Assembly: GCA_963721455.1 (NCBI GenBank)
Contig: CAVRJG010000047.1
Span: 1-34,131 of the forward strand
Direction: 5' to 3'
Source: an uncultured Methanosarcinaceae archaeon
GTDB lineage: Archaea; Halobacteriota; Methanosarcinia; Methanosarcinales; Methanosarcinaceae
DNA: 34,131 nt
Part shown: positions 8,631-20,500 of the stretch, one piece after another
Numbering within the stretch: position 1 is the first letter of the stretch
Layout of the letters: the number at the start of each line of letters is the position of its first letter
The notes under the pieces: generated by a model
Seen by the model: the letters and a program-made list of their open reading frames with translations, nothing else
Database searches by the model: none
What the model was told of the DNA's origin: nothing
Position numbers and translations under genes: made by a program

Positions 8631-11600
8631 ATGCAAGTCCCTGAAATTTGCAAACTCAATACAGATACAACAATGAGGGAAGTCCGGAAAAAAGCCCCTT
8701 TTTATGTACCTGAATGGAATACAGAGGATGAGAAAGACTTTGGAATTGTTCTTTCAAGTCTTTTTTCCGGTATGGTGGATTCGGTCTCAAGCAGATTGAA
8801 TGAAGCTCCAAAAAAGCACTTTCTTTCTTTTCTCGAGATGATCAATACTTCAATAATTCCTGCAAGCCCAGCAAGAGCTCTATTTACATTTATACTCAGT
8901 GAAGGAGCATCTGAAGCTGTACTTATAGAGGCTTATACGCAGGCTTCTGCTGATGGTCCTGATGGAAAAGCAGTCGTTTTTGAAACCGAAAAAAACATCC
9001 TTGCAACTCCTTCAAAGTTAGTATCTGTATATAGCGTAATAAAAGAGGAAGATAAAATAATTAAAAATACAGATGCAGTAAACGGGACAAAATTCACAGA
9101 ACTTTTTGCAGGGGATTCCCTTCAGAAGCATATTCTTTATATTGGCGACGAAAACCTGTTCAATGTACAAAAAGGGCAGATAAGCGTTGAGTTTGGACTA
9201 GATGAGACAGAACTCAAATACCTTGATCCAGAACAGCGTCTTGTTGAATGGATGTACAGTGTAGAATCCATAGTCAAAGAAAATGGTAAAGAGGTCAAGA
9301 AAATTGAGTGGCAGCTCCTAAAAGCCAAATTGGTGAAAAAGAGGCTGGTATTAGATACTGAAAATAAATCAATTGATAAGGTGAAGTTAAACGGGATTGG
9401 AAGCAGGTGGTTAAAGTGCCAGTTGAAAAATTCCAAAATTGAAGATCTTAAGGACTTGAGAATAAATAGCATAAGAGCTTTAACTTCACCTCAAAAAAAT
9501 TCATCTGATCTTCAAAATTCACAAAGTACCTCTCATAGTATTCCTGATTGTTTATTCAGTAACGATATCCCAATAGATCCAAATGGGAATTTATTTTATC
9601 CATTTGGTAAAAAACCCTATCTCTATGATACTTTTTACATAGGGTCTAAGAATGCGTTTTCAAAAAAAGAGAATGAGATCACTCTGATACTTAGCTTGAC
9701 ACCAGGAAGACCAAGTTCAACAAACAAGGCAGATAGTTCAATAAACGGGGTAGATAGTTCAATAAATGAAGTAGATAAACCTCAACTTTCATGGGAATTC
9801 TGGGATGGAGAAAGCTGGAGCCTTCTTCTTATTCAAGGAGATGAGTGGAAGAAAAACTTATGTGAAGAGATTGAATCCAACGTGCCAAACGAACCTCAAC
9901 CTACGACTTATGAGTTGACGATTACCAGGATGCCTGAAGTAAAACTTACGAGGGTTAATGGAAAAGAAAACTACTGGATACGCGTTAGAATGGTTGGCGG
10001 AAACTATGGAAAGGAATATGAAATCATAAGTTCAGAAGAGATTATAACTGCTGAAGGTAATAAGGTTTCATGTGCTAAAGTTGTCCCTGGTCATTTCTTC
10101 CCGCCTCAAATAACTAAATTAAGAATTAATTATAATATCAACAAAAATGATAATGACAACGATAATGATGAAGGTAATGATACTGATCAACTAAAGCCGC
10201 CAAAATACATTTTTACTGAAAATAACCTTATCTTCACAAGTTGCCTGGAAAAATCAGAAAAGAAAGAGGGTTTTAAGCCATTTGAACCTCTTCCCGACAT
10301 TCCTCCTGTAATCTATTTTGGGTTTGATAAAGAGCTCAAAAAAGGGCCTTTTAGCCTTTTCATAAATGTAGATGAAAGCGTTGAATACCCAGAAGATTTT
10401 CTGCCAAAAGTTAAGTGGCAGTATTTAATTGATACAAACCCCGAAGTATGGGAAGAACTTGAAGTGCTGGATGAAACAGCAAGTTTCACAAAGAAAGGAA
10501 TGGTACAGTTTAATATTCCAGGGAAAATACAGGCTTCCGGATTATTTGGTTCGGGGAATCAATATTGGATACGGGCAGTTGTAACGGGAGATTTTTTTAC
10601 CGATACCAGAGATTTCATAAATATAATGTTAGTTTCACTATACCTAGAAAAACTAAAAGAACAAGAGGTCAAATCTCTTCTAAATAGTCCTCTTGCAATC
10701 TATTTTGGGTTTGATAAAGAGATCAAAAATGAACCTATCAATCTTTCCATAGATCTTGATGAAAGCATTGAATATTCTGAGTCATTTCTTCCAAAAGTTA
10801 AATGGCAATATTTGGTTAAAGAAGATCCTAAGGTATGGGAAGAACTTGAAGTGTTGGACAAAACAGAAGGTTTCACAAAAAAAGGAATAGTACAGTTTAA
10901 TATCCCAGGAAAAATGCAAACTTCCAATTTATTTGAGTGGAGAGATAAATACTGGATGAGAGCAGTTGTAATGGAAGAATCTTTTCCTGTTACTTCCGGT
11001 GATATTATAAATCAAATTCTGACCTCACTCGCTATGGTGGATCAACTGTTGACTTCACTAAAGGTTGATAGCGTTCAATTAAAAATCAAAAAAATAATTA
11101 CAAGTTTTCACTTTACAAAAGAACTCCTTGATTATATACAAGACTTTTTGATGTCCAGTGAATATGTGAGATATATTAGAAAATTCAGGCCTGCAATCTA
11201 TAAAGAATTGGAGAATTTGAATGAAACACTGGAGAGAGGTCGACTGAAATCTATTCCGCCGAAAACTGTAGAATTAAACGAATTAAAAACAAGTTCATTA
11301 CCAAAAATGCAATTAAAAGATCAGTCAAATGTTTCTATGGAAAATAAAGAGGATTTTAAGATCTTTAATATTGATTTATTCTTCGAAAACAGTCTAAAGT
11401 TTCCTCCAAAAGTTCGTGGTTTTTATCTTAATTCCGTATGGGCCGGTCAATCCAAAACAATTAGTGATGAATTACTCGGCTCAGGAAATGGGGAAGTAAA
11501 TCAAAATTTTAAACTTGCTAATGCTCCTGTAATAAGTGAAACGATATGGATAAATGAATTTGCTACTCTTTCAGAGAAAGATAGGAAAACACTGCTTTCC

Positions 11601-12599
11601 GAACCTAATAGAGCAAAACTAATCCAGGACAGTAAAGGCAATATTCTGGAGTTTTGGGTTAGATGGACCCAGGTAAATGATTTTTTAGACTCGGAGAGTA
11701 AAGACAGGCATTATGTAATTGACAAAACAGATGGAGAGGTCTCTTTTGGAAATGGAAGACGTGGGATGATTCTTCCAATAGGTTCTGATAATATTAAAGC
11801 TACATACAGTATCGGTGGAGGTAAATCCGGAAATTTTGATGCTTCAAAAATTTCAAAACTTCAAAGCTCCATAGCTTTTGTCGATAAAGTTTTTAATCCA
11901 ATCAGTTCGAGTGGAGGAACCGAAACTGAAGATATAGATACCTTTCTAAAAAGGGCACCGACCATATTCAAAAAAAGAGACCGTGCAACTGCACTTGAAG
12001 ATTACGAGTGGCTTGCAAAAAAAGCATCAGACCAGGTAGCAAGGGTGAAAGCACTTCCCAATTTCAATGCCGAAAGAAAATTCAGCACCGGCTGGGTAAC
12101 GGTTGTCATAGTTCCGGAAAGCCCGAGTTCAAAACCCGTTCCTTCAAGTGAATTAAAACGCAGAGTTACCGCTTACTTAAAAGAAAGATGCCCGGCTGTA
12201 GTAATGCTGCGAGTAATACCTCCTTATTATATCAAAATAGATGTTTCTGCAGAAATTGTAACTGCTTCTATCGATGCAATACCTGTGATAGAAAAGGATG
12301 CCCGGAACAAAATCTCCGAATTTTTACATCCTCTAACCGGCGGTACTGAAAGAAACGGCTGGAGATTTGGGGGGGCGATTTGTATCTCTGACCTTTACAG
12401 AATTCTCGAACAAATAAAAGATATCGATTATGTAAATAAAGTAATAATAAACCTTTATGATGATGATTCAGGAGATACGGGTCCAACTATGAAACTTAGT
12501 GATGCGCCTACAGTAGCTAAACTTCCTGAATATGCCCTTCCCTACAGTGGTGAACATGAAATAACTGTAAAATTGAAAAATCCTGAAAAGGAGGGATAA
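8631..12599 (+). CDS. Baseplate J-like wedge protein, large (Afp11-like)
   Basis: APFYVPEW, RLNEAPKKHFLSFL, GSGNGEVNQNF, VSFGNGRRGMILP, RDRATALEDYEWLA and FLHPLTGG..GWRFG. Confidence 0.92.
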   Translation: MQVPEICKLNTDTTMREVRKKAPFYVPEWNTEDEKDFGIVLSSLFSGMVDSVSSRLNEAPKKHFLSFLEMINTSIIPASPARALFTFILSEGASEAVLIEAYTQASADGPDGKAVVFETEKNILATPSKLVSVYSVIKEEDKIIKNTDAVNGTKFTELFAGDSLQKHILYIGDENLFNVQKGQISVEFGLDETELKYLDPEQRLVEWMYSVESIVKENGKEVKKIEWQLLKAKLVKKRLVLDTENKSIDKVKLNGIGSRWLKCQLKNSKIEDLKDLRINSIRALTSPQKNSSDLQNSQSTSHSIPDCLFSNDIPIDPNGNLFYPFGKKPYLYDTFYIGSKNAFSKKENEITLILSLTPGRPSSTNKADSSINGVDSSINEVDKPQLSWEFWDGESWSLLLIQGDEWKKNLCEEIESNVPNEPQPTTYELTITRMPEVKLTRVNGKENYWIRVRMVGGNYGKEYEIISSEEIITAEGNKVSCAKVVPGHFFPPQITKLRINYNINKNDNDNDNDEGNDTDQLKPPKYIFTENNLIFTSCLEKSEKKEGFKPFEPLPDIPPVIYFGFDKELKKGPFSLFINVDESVEYPEDFLPKVKWQYLIDTNPEVWEELEVLDETASFTKKGMVQFNIPGKIQASGLFGSGNQYWIRAVVTGDFFTDTRDFINIMLVSLYLEKLKEQEVKSLLNSPLAIYFGFDKEIKNEPINLSIDLDESIEYSESFLPKVKWQYLVKEDPKVWEELEVLDKTEGFTKKGIVQFNIPGKMQTSNLFEWRDKYWMRAVVMEESFPVTSGDIINQILTSLAMVDQLLTSLKVDSVQLKIKKIITSFHFTKELLDYIQDFLMSSEYVRYIRKFRPAIYKELENLNETLERGRLKSIPPKTVELNELKTSSLPKMQLKDQSNVSMENKEDFKIFNIDLFFENSLKFPPKVRGFYLNSVWAGQSKTISDELLGSGNGEVNQNFKLANAPVISETIWINEFATLSEKDRKTLLSEPNRAKLIQDSKGNILEFWVRWTQVNDFLDSESKDRHYVIDKTDGEVSFGNGRRGMILPIGSDNIKATYSIGGGKSGNFDASKISKLQSSIAFVDKVFNPISSSGGTETEDIDTFLKRAPTIFKKRDRATALEDYEWLAKKASDQVARVKALPNFNAERKFSTGWVTVVIVPESPSSKPVPSSELKRRVTAYLKERCPAVVMLRVIPPYYIKIDVSAEIVTASIDAIPVIEKDARNKISEFLHPLTGGTERNGWRFGGAICISDLYRILEQIKDIDYVNKVIINLYDDDSGDTGPTMKLSDAPTVAKLPEYALPYSGEHEITVKLKNPEKEG
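10311..10970 (+). repeat. Two-copy in-frame domain duplication (387-bp offset) in baseplate J
   Basis: The unit IYFGFDKE...FLPKVKWQYL...VWEELEVLD.T..FTKKG.VQFNIPGK...YW.RAVV starts at 10311 and 10698. Confidence 0.9.
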
Positions 12600-12601
12600 A
12601 T

Positions 12602-15164
12602 ATGTCCCTACCTGTACCTGACCTTGATAATAAAACATTTGCTCAGTTTGTAGAAGAAGCAAGAAAACTCATCCCAGGATACTCATCTGAATGGACAGAT
12701 CATAACCTCAGTGATCCCGGAATTACTCTTTTAGATCTTTTTGCGTGGCTCTCCGAGATTGCGTTATATCGTACAAACCTTGTAACTGAGAGTCACCGCC
12801 TTAAATACCTTGAACTGTTGGGAGTTAAACCTCAGCCGGCAAAGCAAGCAAGAGTGGACTTAACTTTTACTTCTGATGAAATAAAGATTTTGAGAAAAGA
12901 TAAGGGTACTAAGGTATCAACTGCAGTAAACGGCAAAGATATTTATTTTCAGCTTGAGGAAGAAATATACATACTACCAGCAAAGCTTGAGAAAATAGTG
13001 GTTGATGAATGTACATCCGGTATTTACGAAAGAAGTCGTTCAAATTCAGATGAAAAAGGGGATCTTTTCTTTGCTCCTTTTGGAAGTGAAATCCTGGAGG
13101 GATGTGCCCTTTACCTTGGTTTTGTTCTTAATACGAATACTCCTCCACATATCTCCCTTGATAACTTAAATTTAATGTGTTATCTTTATGAAAAAGATCT
13201 CATAGAAATCAAAAAATATGGGACAGAGCAGGATTATAAAATTGAGAATACAGGATTAAAATGGGAAATCTGGACCGGCAGTATATGGAACCCTGTCTTC
13301 CCGCAGGATGAAACGCAAGGTTTTAGAAAAAGTGGAAAGATTGTATTTAAAAAGCTTGAAGATTGGACAGCTTCCGAGAAAATTCCAAAAATGAGATACG
13401 ATATATCTGATACCCAAAATACCTACTTTTGGCTTCGATGCGTGGTGGAAAATGCGCTCTATGAATATCCCCCCAGAATTGAAAATATGAGACTTAACAC
13501 CGTTTCTGCAGTCCACGGGTTGACGGTTAAAGATGACAATTCAGAGATTGTTAGCAACGGATTGCCAGGTCAGGTTATTGAGCTGAGGGAAACTCCGGTT
13601 GTGGATAATACATTAAAATTATCAATCGAAGAATGGGTTGAGGTTCAAAATTTTGAAAAATCATGCCCTGATGATAAGCACGTTGTGCTGGACAAGGAAA
13701 AAGCGGAAATAAAGTTCGGAAATGGAAAGAAAGGCCTGGTCCCATCAAAAGGCCATACAATTACACTGATAAAATATCTACCTGAAGATGGAGAAAACGG
13801 GAGGTCGATAGCCGATTACGATGAATGGGTCAGCAAAGGTTCAAATGATCAGACTTTTAAGATAAATCGTCTCGTGCTTGGAATGACATTTAAACTATCT
13901 GTTGAAAAGGATAAGTGGGTTGAAGTTGATAATTTTGAAACATCAGGCCCTTACAATAAACATTTTGTTCTAAATAGAAAAACGGGAGAAATAAAGTTTG
14001 GGAACGGTAAGAAAGGCTTAATCCCACCTGAAGGCTCTATTATTATAGTTAAAAAATATGCTTCTGAGGATAGAAAAAGAAGGCTCGCTTGCCGAATACG
14101 AAAAATGGACCAGTACAAGTTTACCAGATCAGATTTTTAAGCTAAAGGAAATCCCAATTTCGGGACTTATATTTAAATTACTGATTGAAGATAAATGGAT
14201 TGAAGTAGATGATTTTGAGGGATCAGGGCCTTCAGATAAACACTTTGTCCTGAATAAAGAAAAAGGGGAAATTAAATTTGGGGATGGACTGATGGGGCTT
14301 GTTCCATCTCAAGGTTCTAAAATAAAATTGCTGGAATATGTGACTGGGGGTGGAGAAGAAGGAAATTTGATGCCAGAACGCAGCTGGAAGAAAATAGAAG
14401 ACTTTAATGGCTCTATAATAAATTATCTGGCTTCAACAGGAGGCAAGGGAGCGCAGACTATTGAAGAGACAATTGAAGACTTTTGTAGAGATCTGAAGAC
14501 TCCCTATACAGCTGTTACACTACAGGATTTTGAACAACTAGCCATGAGCACACCTGGACTGAGAATTTCCAGAGCCAAAGCAGTCCCGGATTACAAACCC
14601 AAAGCGAAGCCTAATGATAAAGAACTTGAAGAGAGCAGAGGATCTGTAACAGTAGTAATTATTCCATATACGCCTCTTGATGTTTTGAAAATTCCTCCCG
14701 AATCTTCAGAAGAATTCAAAAAAGCAGTATGTATCCATCTTGATAAACACCGCATTCTTGGAACTGATATCCATGTAATTTCTCCTATTTATGTAAAGGC
14801 TATTGTGAATGCAAGAATAGTTCCAATGGATACTTTCCGTGACGATAGCCTGATCCGGGAGAAAGTTCTTAAAAAACTCAATCGTTTTCTTCACCCGATA
14901 CAGGGAGGCGTAGATGAAAAGGGATGGCCTATTGGCAGAGGTATCTATCTTTCAGATATTTATAATTTAATAGAAAATATTGAGGGTGTAAATTGTGTTT
15001 TAAGGCTGTCAATCTCTGGGGATCAAAATGCATCCACTGATGCCGACGGAAACCTGATACTTAAGTCCAGGCTAGCAAGCGTTTATTCAGGTGTACACAA
15101 CGTAGAGATTTTTAGAGAAAAAGATCAGTGCTTTAAGAGAGGTGACAGCCATTCCGGAAAGTAA
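12602..15164 (+). pseudogene. Second baseplate J-like protein (Afp12-like), split by a +1 frameshift at the A5 run 14074-14078
   Basis: N-part MSLPVPDLD, EWTDHNLSDPGITLLDLFAW; C-part TAVTLQDFE, FLHPIQGG..GWPIGR. Removing one A fuses ORFs 12602..14140 and 14058..15164. Confidence 0.88.
13634..14340 (+). repeat. Three ~93-aa repeats in the second baseplate J
   Basis: WxEVxxFExSxPxxKHxVLxxxxxEIKFGxGxxGLxP at 13634, 13916 and 14196 (offsets 282 and 280 bp; 280 reflects the extra base). Confidence 0.88.
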
Positions 15165-17439
15165 TTACAAACGAATTAATTCTCAAAAACTCTTTGAAGA
15201 TTTTAAGGTTTATGAAAAAAACCTGAGTATGAATTCAGGGGACTTAAGGATAAATAGAGGTTATGTTTACAATCAAGTGAATGATGTTTTCAAGGGTATT
15301 ACTGTAATTGATATGGCTATAGACAGATGTGGTACACTTTATCTCATAGGCCAGGTACAGATAGACAATGAACAAATAAACAACGAGCAACAAAAAAAGG
15401 AACAACTGGACAATAAACAAAACCCGGAACAAAATTTGTACAAATTTCATGCGAATGAAAAAATCCTGGAAAAAATCGGAAGCGCTGAGAAAACCTTTTC
15501 ATTAGCATTGAAAAATATTTCCGCAATCGGGGTAGATAAGGATACGATATATATTGCAGATTACGTTTCTGGAGATTCAAATAATCAAACCAAAATAGAT
15601 GCCGCCCGCCTTATTGCCCTTACAAAAAGTGATCTACAAATTCGCTGGATTCTTTCAACAGGTCCTGATGGAAGATCTTTAAATAAAATTCATACAATTC
15701 AATGTGATAATCGGGAGAAAATCTATGTTCTTGAAGGAAACGAGAAAAGAATACTTTACATAAATACTGGTGATATTTGTTATCCGGCTTTCCGCTTATT
15801 TGACTTAACTTTTAAGCTAGAAAAGGGGGACTTTACACAGAACCTCTTTCTAGGTGTTGATGGCTCTCTTTATGTTCTGGTTGTAAATGCAGTGAAAAAT
15901 GAGAATACGGTAAGTGGGCCAAAAGGATATGTTTTAAAAGTTCGGTCGACAAAAAAAGAAAAATCGGTTGAAATGATCGGACCTAAAATTAGTGATTTCT
16001 CACCTTCAGGAATTGCAGTTGATACCAGGAATCAGATCTTCATAGGTGGATCTAAAACCGGTAGCCAATTACCAATTATCAAACTTTCAAATAATGCAGA
16101 TGCCTGGGAATCACTAACAACTTACAAAGTTACAAATGGGACTTCTTTAGGAGCAAGCCGAAAATTAATAAGTGATTCAAAAGGAAATCTTTACGTTATT
16201 AATTATGAAGATAAATTGACACTTCTGGATCGTAAAGAATTAAACATTCAGGGTGAGAATGGTTACGAAGGGACTTATATATCAAAGCCTATTGACAGCC
16301 AGATTTCCGATACTCACTGGCACAGGCTATTGCTGGGAGGGGAATTCGAGAAAGGTACTCAGGTTGACTTTCAGTATTTTGTTTCAAATAATAAGGATGA
16401 AGGACCTAAAGACTCCGATTCTAAAAAATGGCACAACTGCGTTTCGAAAGCCTCTGCAATTCAGGGTAATAATAAAAGAGATGCCCTTTTTATAGAAAAT
16501 ACCAAGGGGCGATATCTCTGGTTTAAACTTATCCTTTCAGGTAATGAAATACTATCTCCTGTAATCAACTCTGTTACTGTGTTTTTCCCTAGAATCTCAT
16601 ACCTTGATTATCTTCCTGGCATCTATCAGGAAGATTCTGCAAGCAAGGGATTGCTTGAACGTTTTCTTGCGATATTCGAAAGCATATTCTATGAGATTGA
16701 TTTTACTATTGACCACATAAGCCGGTATTTTGATACCTCTGGAGCGCCCCCTGAGTTTTTATCCTGGCTCGGTTCATGGCTTGATGTATCCATAGATGAG
16801 GATTGGCCGGAGGATAAAAAAAGACTTTTTATCAGGAATGCTATCTCACTGTATAAGAAAAGGGGCACAAGAGAATGCCTGGAGGAGAGCATTGAACTTT
16901 TTACAGGGAAAAAACCATTTGTTGTTGAGAATTTTCAGGCGGCTAAAGCATGTAAAGGCAATATTTCTCAACCCTGCAATAACGGGAAAACAGTCTCTTT
17001 TCCTTCTCAAGAAAGGATATTTTTCCCACCTAAGGGAATTATGGTGGAAGAATGTCCTGAAAAAAACACTGCCGGAAATAAAGGTAAGGAAGAACCAGGC
17101 AAGGAAGAGCCTTTAATAAACAAGCTTTATGGAACTGAAAGGTTTGGTTTCTGCGTGCTACTGGCGGACCCTGATCTCGATACAACTGCTCAAAGCCGTG
17201 TTAGAAGAATAATTGAGGAACAGAAGCCTGCCCATACCAGCTATGAGCTAAAGGTGCTCGAACCATGGTTTCACCTGGATATGCATACATATCTTGGAAT
17301 CAATACTGTGGTTACAGAGCCTAAATTTGTTCTGGAAAAGACATCTATGATAGGTAGGGACACAGTCCTCCATGATGAAGAGAAGGCAGGGCAAGTTGAC
17401 AGACATTCAAGAGTAGGAATCGATATTCTACTTTCTTAA
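15142..17439 (+). CDS. Phage tail protein: N-terminal beta-propeller-like region plus P2 gpI-like baseplate domain
   Basis: Propeller-like strands (IAVD...IFIG, LYVI) and C-terminal YLPGIYQED..LERFLAIFE, APPEFLSWLGSWL, LYKKRGT, IIEEQKPAHT. Start uncertain (GTG 15142 or ATT 15151). Confidence 0.88.
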   Translation: MTAIPESNYKRINSQKLFEDFKVYEKNLSMNSGDLRINRGYVYNQVNDVFKGITVIDMAIDRCGTLYLIGQVQIDNEQINNEQQKKEQLDNKQNPEQNLYKFHANEKILEKIGSAEKTFSLALKNISAIGVDKDTIYIADYVSGDSNNQTKIDAARLIALTKSDLQIRWILSTGPDGRSLNKIHTIQCDNREKIYVLEGNEKRILYINTGDICYPAFRLFDLTFKLEKGDFTQNLFLGVDGSLYVLVVNAVKNENTVSGPKGYVLKVRSTKKEKSVEMIGPKISDFSPSGIAVDTRNQIFIGGSKTGSQLPIIKLSNNADAWESLTTYKVTNGTSLGASRKLISDSKGNLYVINYEDKLTLLDRKELNIQGENGYEGTYISKPIDSQISDTHWHRLLLGGEFEKGTQVDFQYFVSNNKDEGPKDSDSKKWHNCVSKASAIQGNNKRDALFIENTKGRYLWFKLILSGNEILSPVINSVTVFFPRISYLDYLPGIYQEDSASKGLLERFLAIFESIFYEIDFTIDHISRYFDTSGAPPEFLSWLGSWLDVSIDEDWPEDKKRLFIRNAISLYKKRGTRECLEESIELFTGKKPFVVENFQAAKACKGNISQPCNNGKTVSFPSQERIFFPPKGIMVEECPEKNTAGNKGKEEPGKEEPLINKLYGTERFGFCVLLADPDLDTTAQSRVRRIIEEQKPAHTSYELKVLEPWFHLDMHTYLGINTVVTEPKFVLEKTSMIGRDTVLHDEEKAGQVDRHSRVGIDILLS

Positions 17440-18467
17440 AGCGTTATTCAGGCAGATTAATTCAAAATAATCTTTTTACAAACCCGAATCATTCAATCTT
17501 TTTTAAATCATAGTACTTTTTATAAATTTATGTTAACTTTTGTAAATTTTAAACATTAAAGATATCCTCATAAATCTGTATATTTTTGATTATAGGATAA
17601 TAACAATTGACTTAAAAATCTAGCCAAAAGATGTTGATTTTTCGATTTTTTTCCAAAAAAGCAGTCAAGAATTGTCTACATTGAAAAACGTTTGCTGCCC
17701 GGATGAAGGTTAAAGGAAATTGATATTAATTTAAAGATTAGAGGATGTGAAAAGTATGCCAGATAGTGACCAGAATATAAACAATTGCAACTTTCATAAG
17801 TTTGAAAAAAATAAATACTTTTATGGAAAGCTGATGACTGTCAGGGATTTTGAAACCGAGCAGCGGTATTTTGACGAAAAACGCAATCTTATTAACAGGC
17901 TGCTTCACGGTACTGGAATAGTATGTGGTTTTCAGAATGTAAAGTTAGTAAAAAAGGACAATGAACCACTCAAATTGAATTTTGAGGATGGAGGGGTAGC
18001 TCTTACCTGCTGCGGGCATGAAATAGTTGTCCTTTCCAATACAGACAAACAAATTTTAGATGAAACTGGTAACAAGGTTTCGGACTTATCCAACTCCCCG
18101 TATCTTTATTTAAAGTATAAACCCTATGATTGCGGTTATGTTGCTGTGGCTTCAAATTCTTCAAGTTGTGAAGAAAAGTGTTGTCCGGGGCGGGTTATTG
18201 ACGACTTTGAAGTTGTGGCGGCTAAAGAGTCACCCAATTCAGGAATAAATTGTAATGATCAATCCAAACTATGCAGGTGTTTAACCGATCTTGAAAATAA
18301 TAAAAAGAGTCTGTCCGGCATGTGGGGAAAATCAAAAAGACAGAGTTTTCCTTGGAATAGTTGAAAACGACGTCTCTGTTACACAGAAAGAACCTGAAAA
18401 ACACAGGATTTTTTTTACACCGAAAGAGCTGTATCAGATTTTTAAATGCCATAGTCTGGACTTCGAG

Positions 18468-18915
18468 AATCCGCATAAAGTTACCGCTCTCCAGGCAGGC
18501 GCACTTGAAAAACTGGATGGAGTTTTAAATCTGAATGGAAATATCGACCTTATCCAAAACGGATCAATTGTAATTACTGCCTAACGGAAGTGAAAGGTCT
18601 ATAACTATAGGAGAGACTCATTCCGAGAAAATGAATAATCCACATAAAGTTACCGCTCTCCAGGCAGGCGCACTTGAAAAACTGGATGGGGTTTTAAATC
18701 TCAATGGAAATATCGACCTTATCCAAAACGGATCAATTGTAATTACTCACGAAAGTGAAAACTCTATAACTATAGGAGAGACTCATTCCGAGAAAATCGA
18801 CAATCCACATAAGGTTACGGCTTTCCAGACCGGCGCACTTGTAAGTCTGGATGGGGTTAGCAATCCCGGAGGAGATATAGACCTGATTGAAGGCACGAAT
18901 ATAAAAATAACTCAT
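18468..18915 (+). repeat. Three ~55-aa NPHKVTA repeats; the first two are nearly identical in DNA
   Basis: Units start at 18468, 18637 and 18802 (offsets 169 and 165 bp). Confidence 0.9.
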
Positions 18916-19134
18916 GATAATAACTCCATAAAACTTGACTGTACTCTAGGGTTAGAGGTCCAACCTGCTGAAGCTGAGCCAAAGAGTGTAGGCATTAACA
19001 ATGTGGTTGGCACTTCAACCAGATATGCTCGTGAAGACCACGAACATAAGCTTGAAGAGAATTTTGTGGATTACACCAGACTCTCTGTAGACCTTCAGAA
19101 ACAGCTCGACGTTCTCAATGTGTACCTGAGAGAA

Positions 19135-20500
19135 AGAGCTCTGAAATGCTCCGTAAGCAGTTTCAAAAAAGTGGAAGAAGAGTTTAAAAATAACAGATCG
19201 CTTGGGATCTCACTGCTTTTCAAAAAAGCAGTCCGGGAAAAATTGTATGAAAAAGAAAACGATTTCATCGACTTCATGATGAACGTACTGGGTCAAATTA
19301 ATGCATTTAAAGAAGAAGTCAAATCCCAGGCTGAGGAAGGAAGCTTCAAAGACTTCGATGACGCTCTTGAAGACCTCAAGAAGGCTCTTCTAGGAGATAC
19401 CCCCCTCAAAGTTGCTGCACAGCAGGATGAAGTCTGTTTCTACGCTCTGGAACTCAAACGTAATGTCAATGAGCCCATGTTCAGAGCACTGAATTGTACT
19501 GTGATTAACTTTAGAAAAGTTGCCGATGATTTCAAAAGCGAGACCGCGAACAGAATTTCATTGAAGTTTGAAGAAGGCATCAGCAGCAAGGTGTATGAGA
19601 ACGAAGAAGCGTTCATAAAATTCATGACAGTAAATCATCAATTGCTTAAAAATTTGCCAGACGAGATAAAAGAAAATACCATTGAAGAAACCCTTACTAA
19701 TTATGTTTCGGCTGTAGATGGGCTTGTGGAAGTAATAGAATCAAACGATGCTCTTAGCATTGCTACCATGCAGGAAGAAGTCTGCTCTGCTGCTAAGGGA
19801 CTGGAGCCTATCAGCCAGAACCCGATGTATAGAGCACTGAAATGTACTGTGAGCAGCTTTAGAGATATTTACGAGAGGTTTGACAGCGATGTTGCCAATA
19901 AAATTTCAGAGGAATTCGAAGAAGCTCTCAAGAATAAAATGTATGATGATGAGAATGCGTTCATACAATTCATGAAGGAGAACCTTGGGTTCCTTAATGA
20001 TCTGCTTCCAGATGAAGTAAAATATACCGCTATTGATAAGGATCTTACTAATTATGTTGCAGTTGTAACAGAGCTCACAGACATAATCGAATCAAATAAA
20101 GCTCTCGAAATTGCTGCCAAACAGGAGGAACTCTGTTACTTTGCCCGTGAACTCAGACGTGCCACCTCCTTATACAGAGCCCTTAGATGCACTGCGGTTA
20201 ACTTTGTAGAAGTTGCTGATAAATTCGAAAACAAAACCGCCAAGAAAATTTCAGAGGACTTCGAAAAAGCCGTAGATAACGAAGTGTATGAGGATGAAAA
20301 TGAATTCATAAATTTCATGAAAGAAAATTTCGAATCATTTGGAACCTTTGAAAGAGAAATAAGAGACCTTGCTACTAAAGAAACTTTCCACGATTACATT
20401 ACAGCTGTAAGAAGGCTGGAAGAGGTAATTGAATCCGGAAACACTCCCACGATTGCTGCCAGGCAGGAAGAAGTCTGTTCGTCTTCCAAGCAACTTGAAG
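19135..20500 (+). repeat. Four ~116-aa acidic helical repeats
   Basis: RALxC..xxFxxV...F...IS..F...YExExxFIxFM...IAxxQEEVC units start at 19135, 19483, 19831 and 20176. Confidence 0.9.

Noticed and set aside
9731-10190. Short 21-bp repeats and an ND-rich tract in baseplate J
   Set aside because: Ordinary in-frame low-complexity loop expansions.
17440-17746. Internal promoter for the fibre and cargo genes
   Set aside because: Several TATA-like words occur in very AT-rich DNA; none can be singled out from sequence alone.
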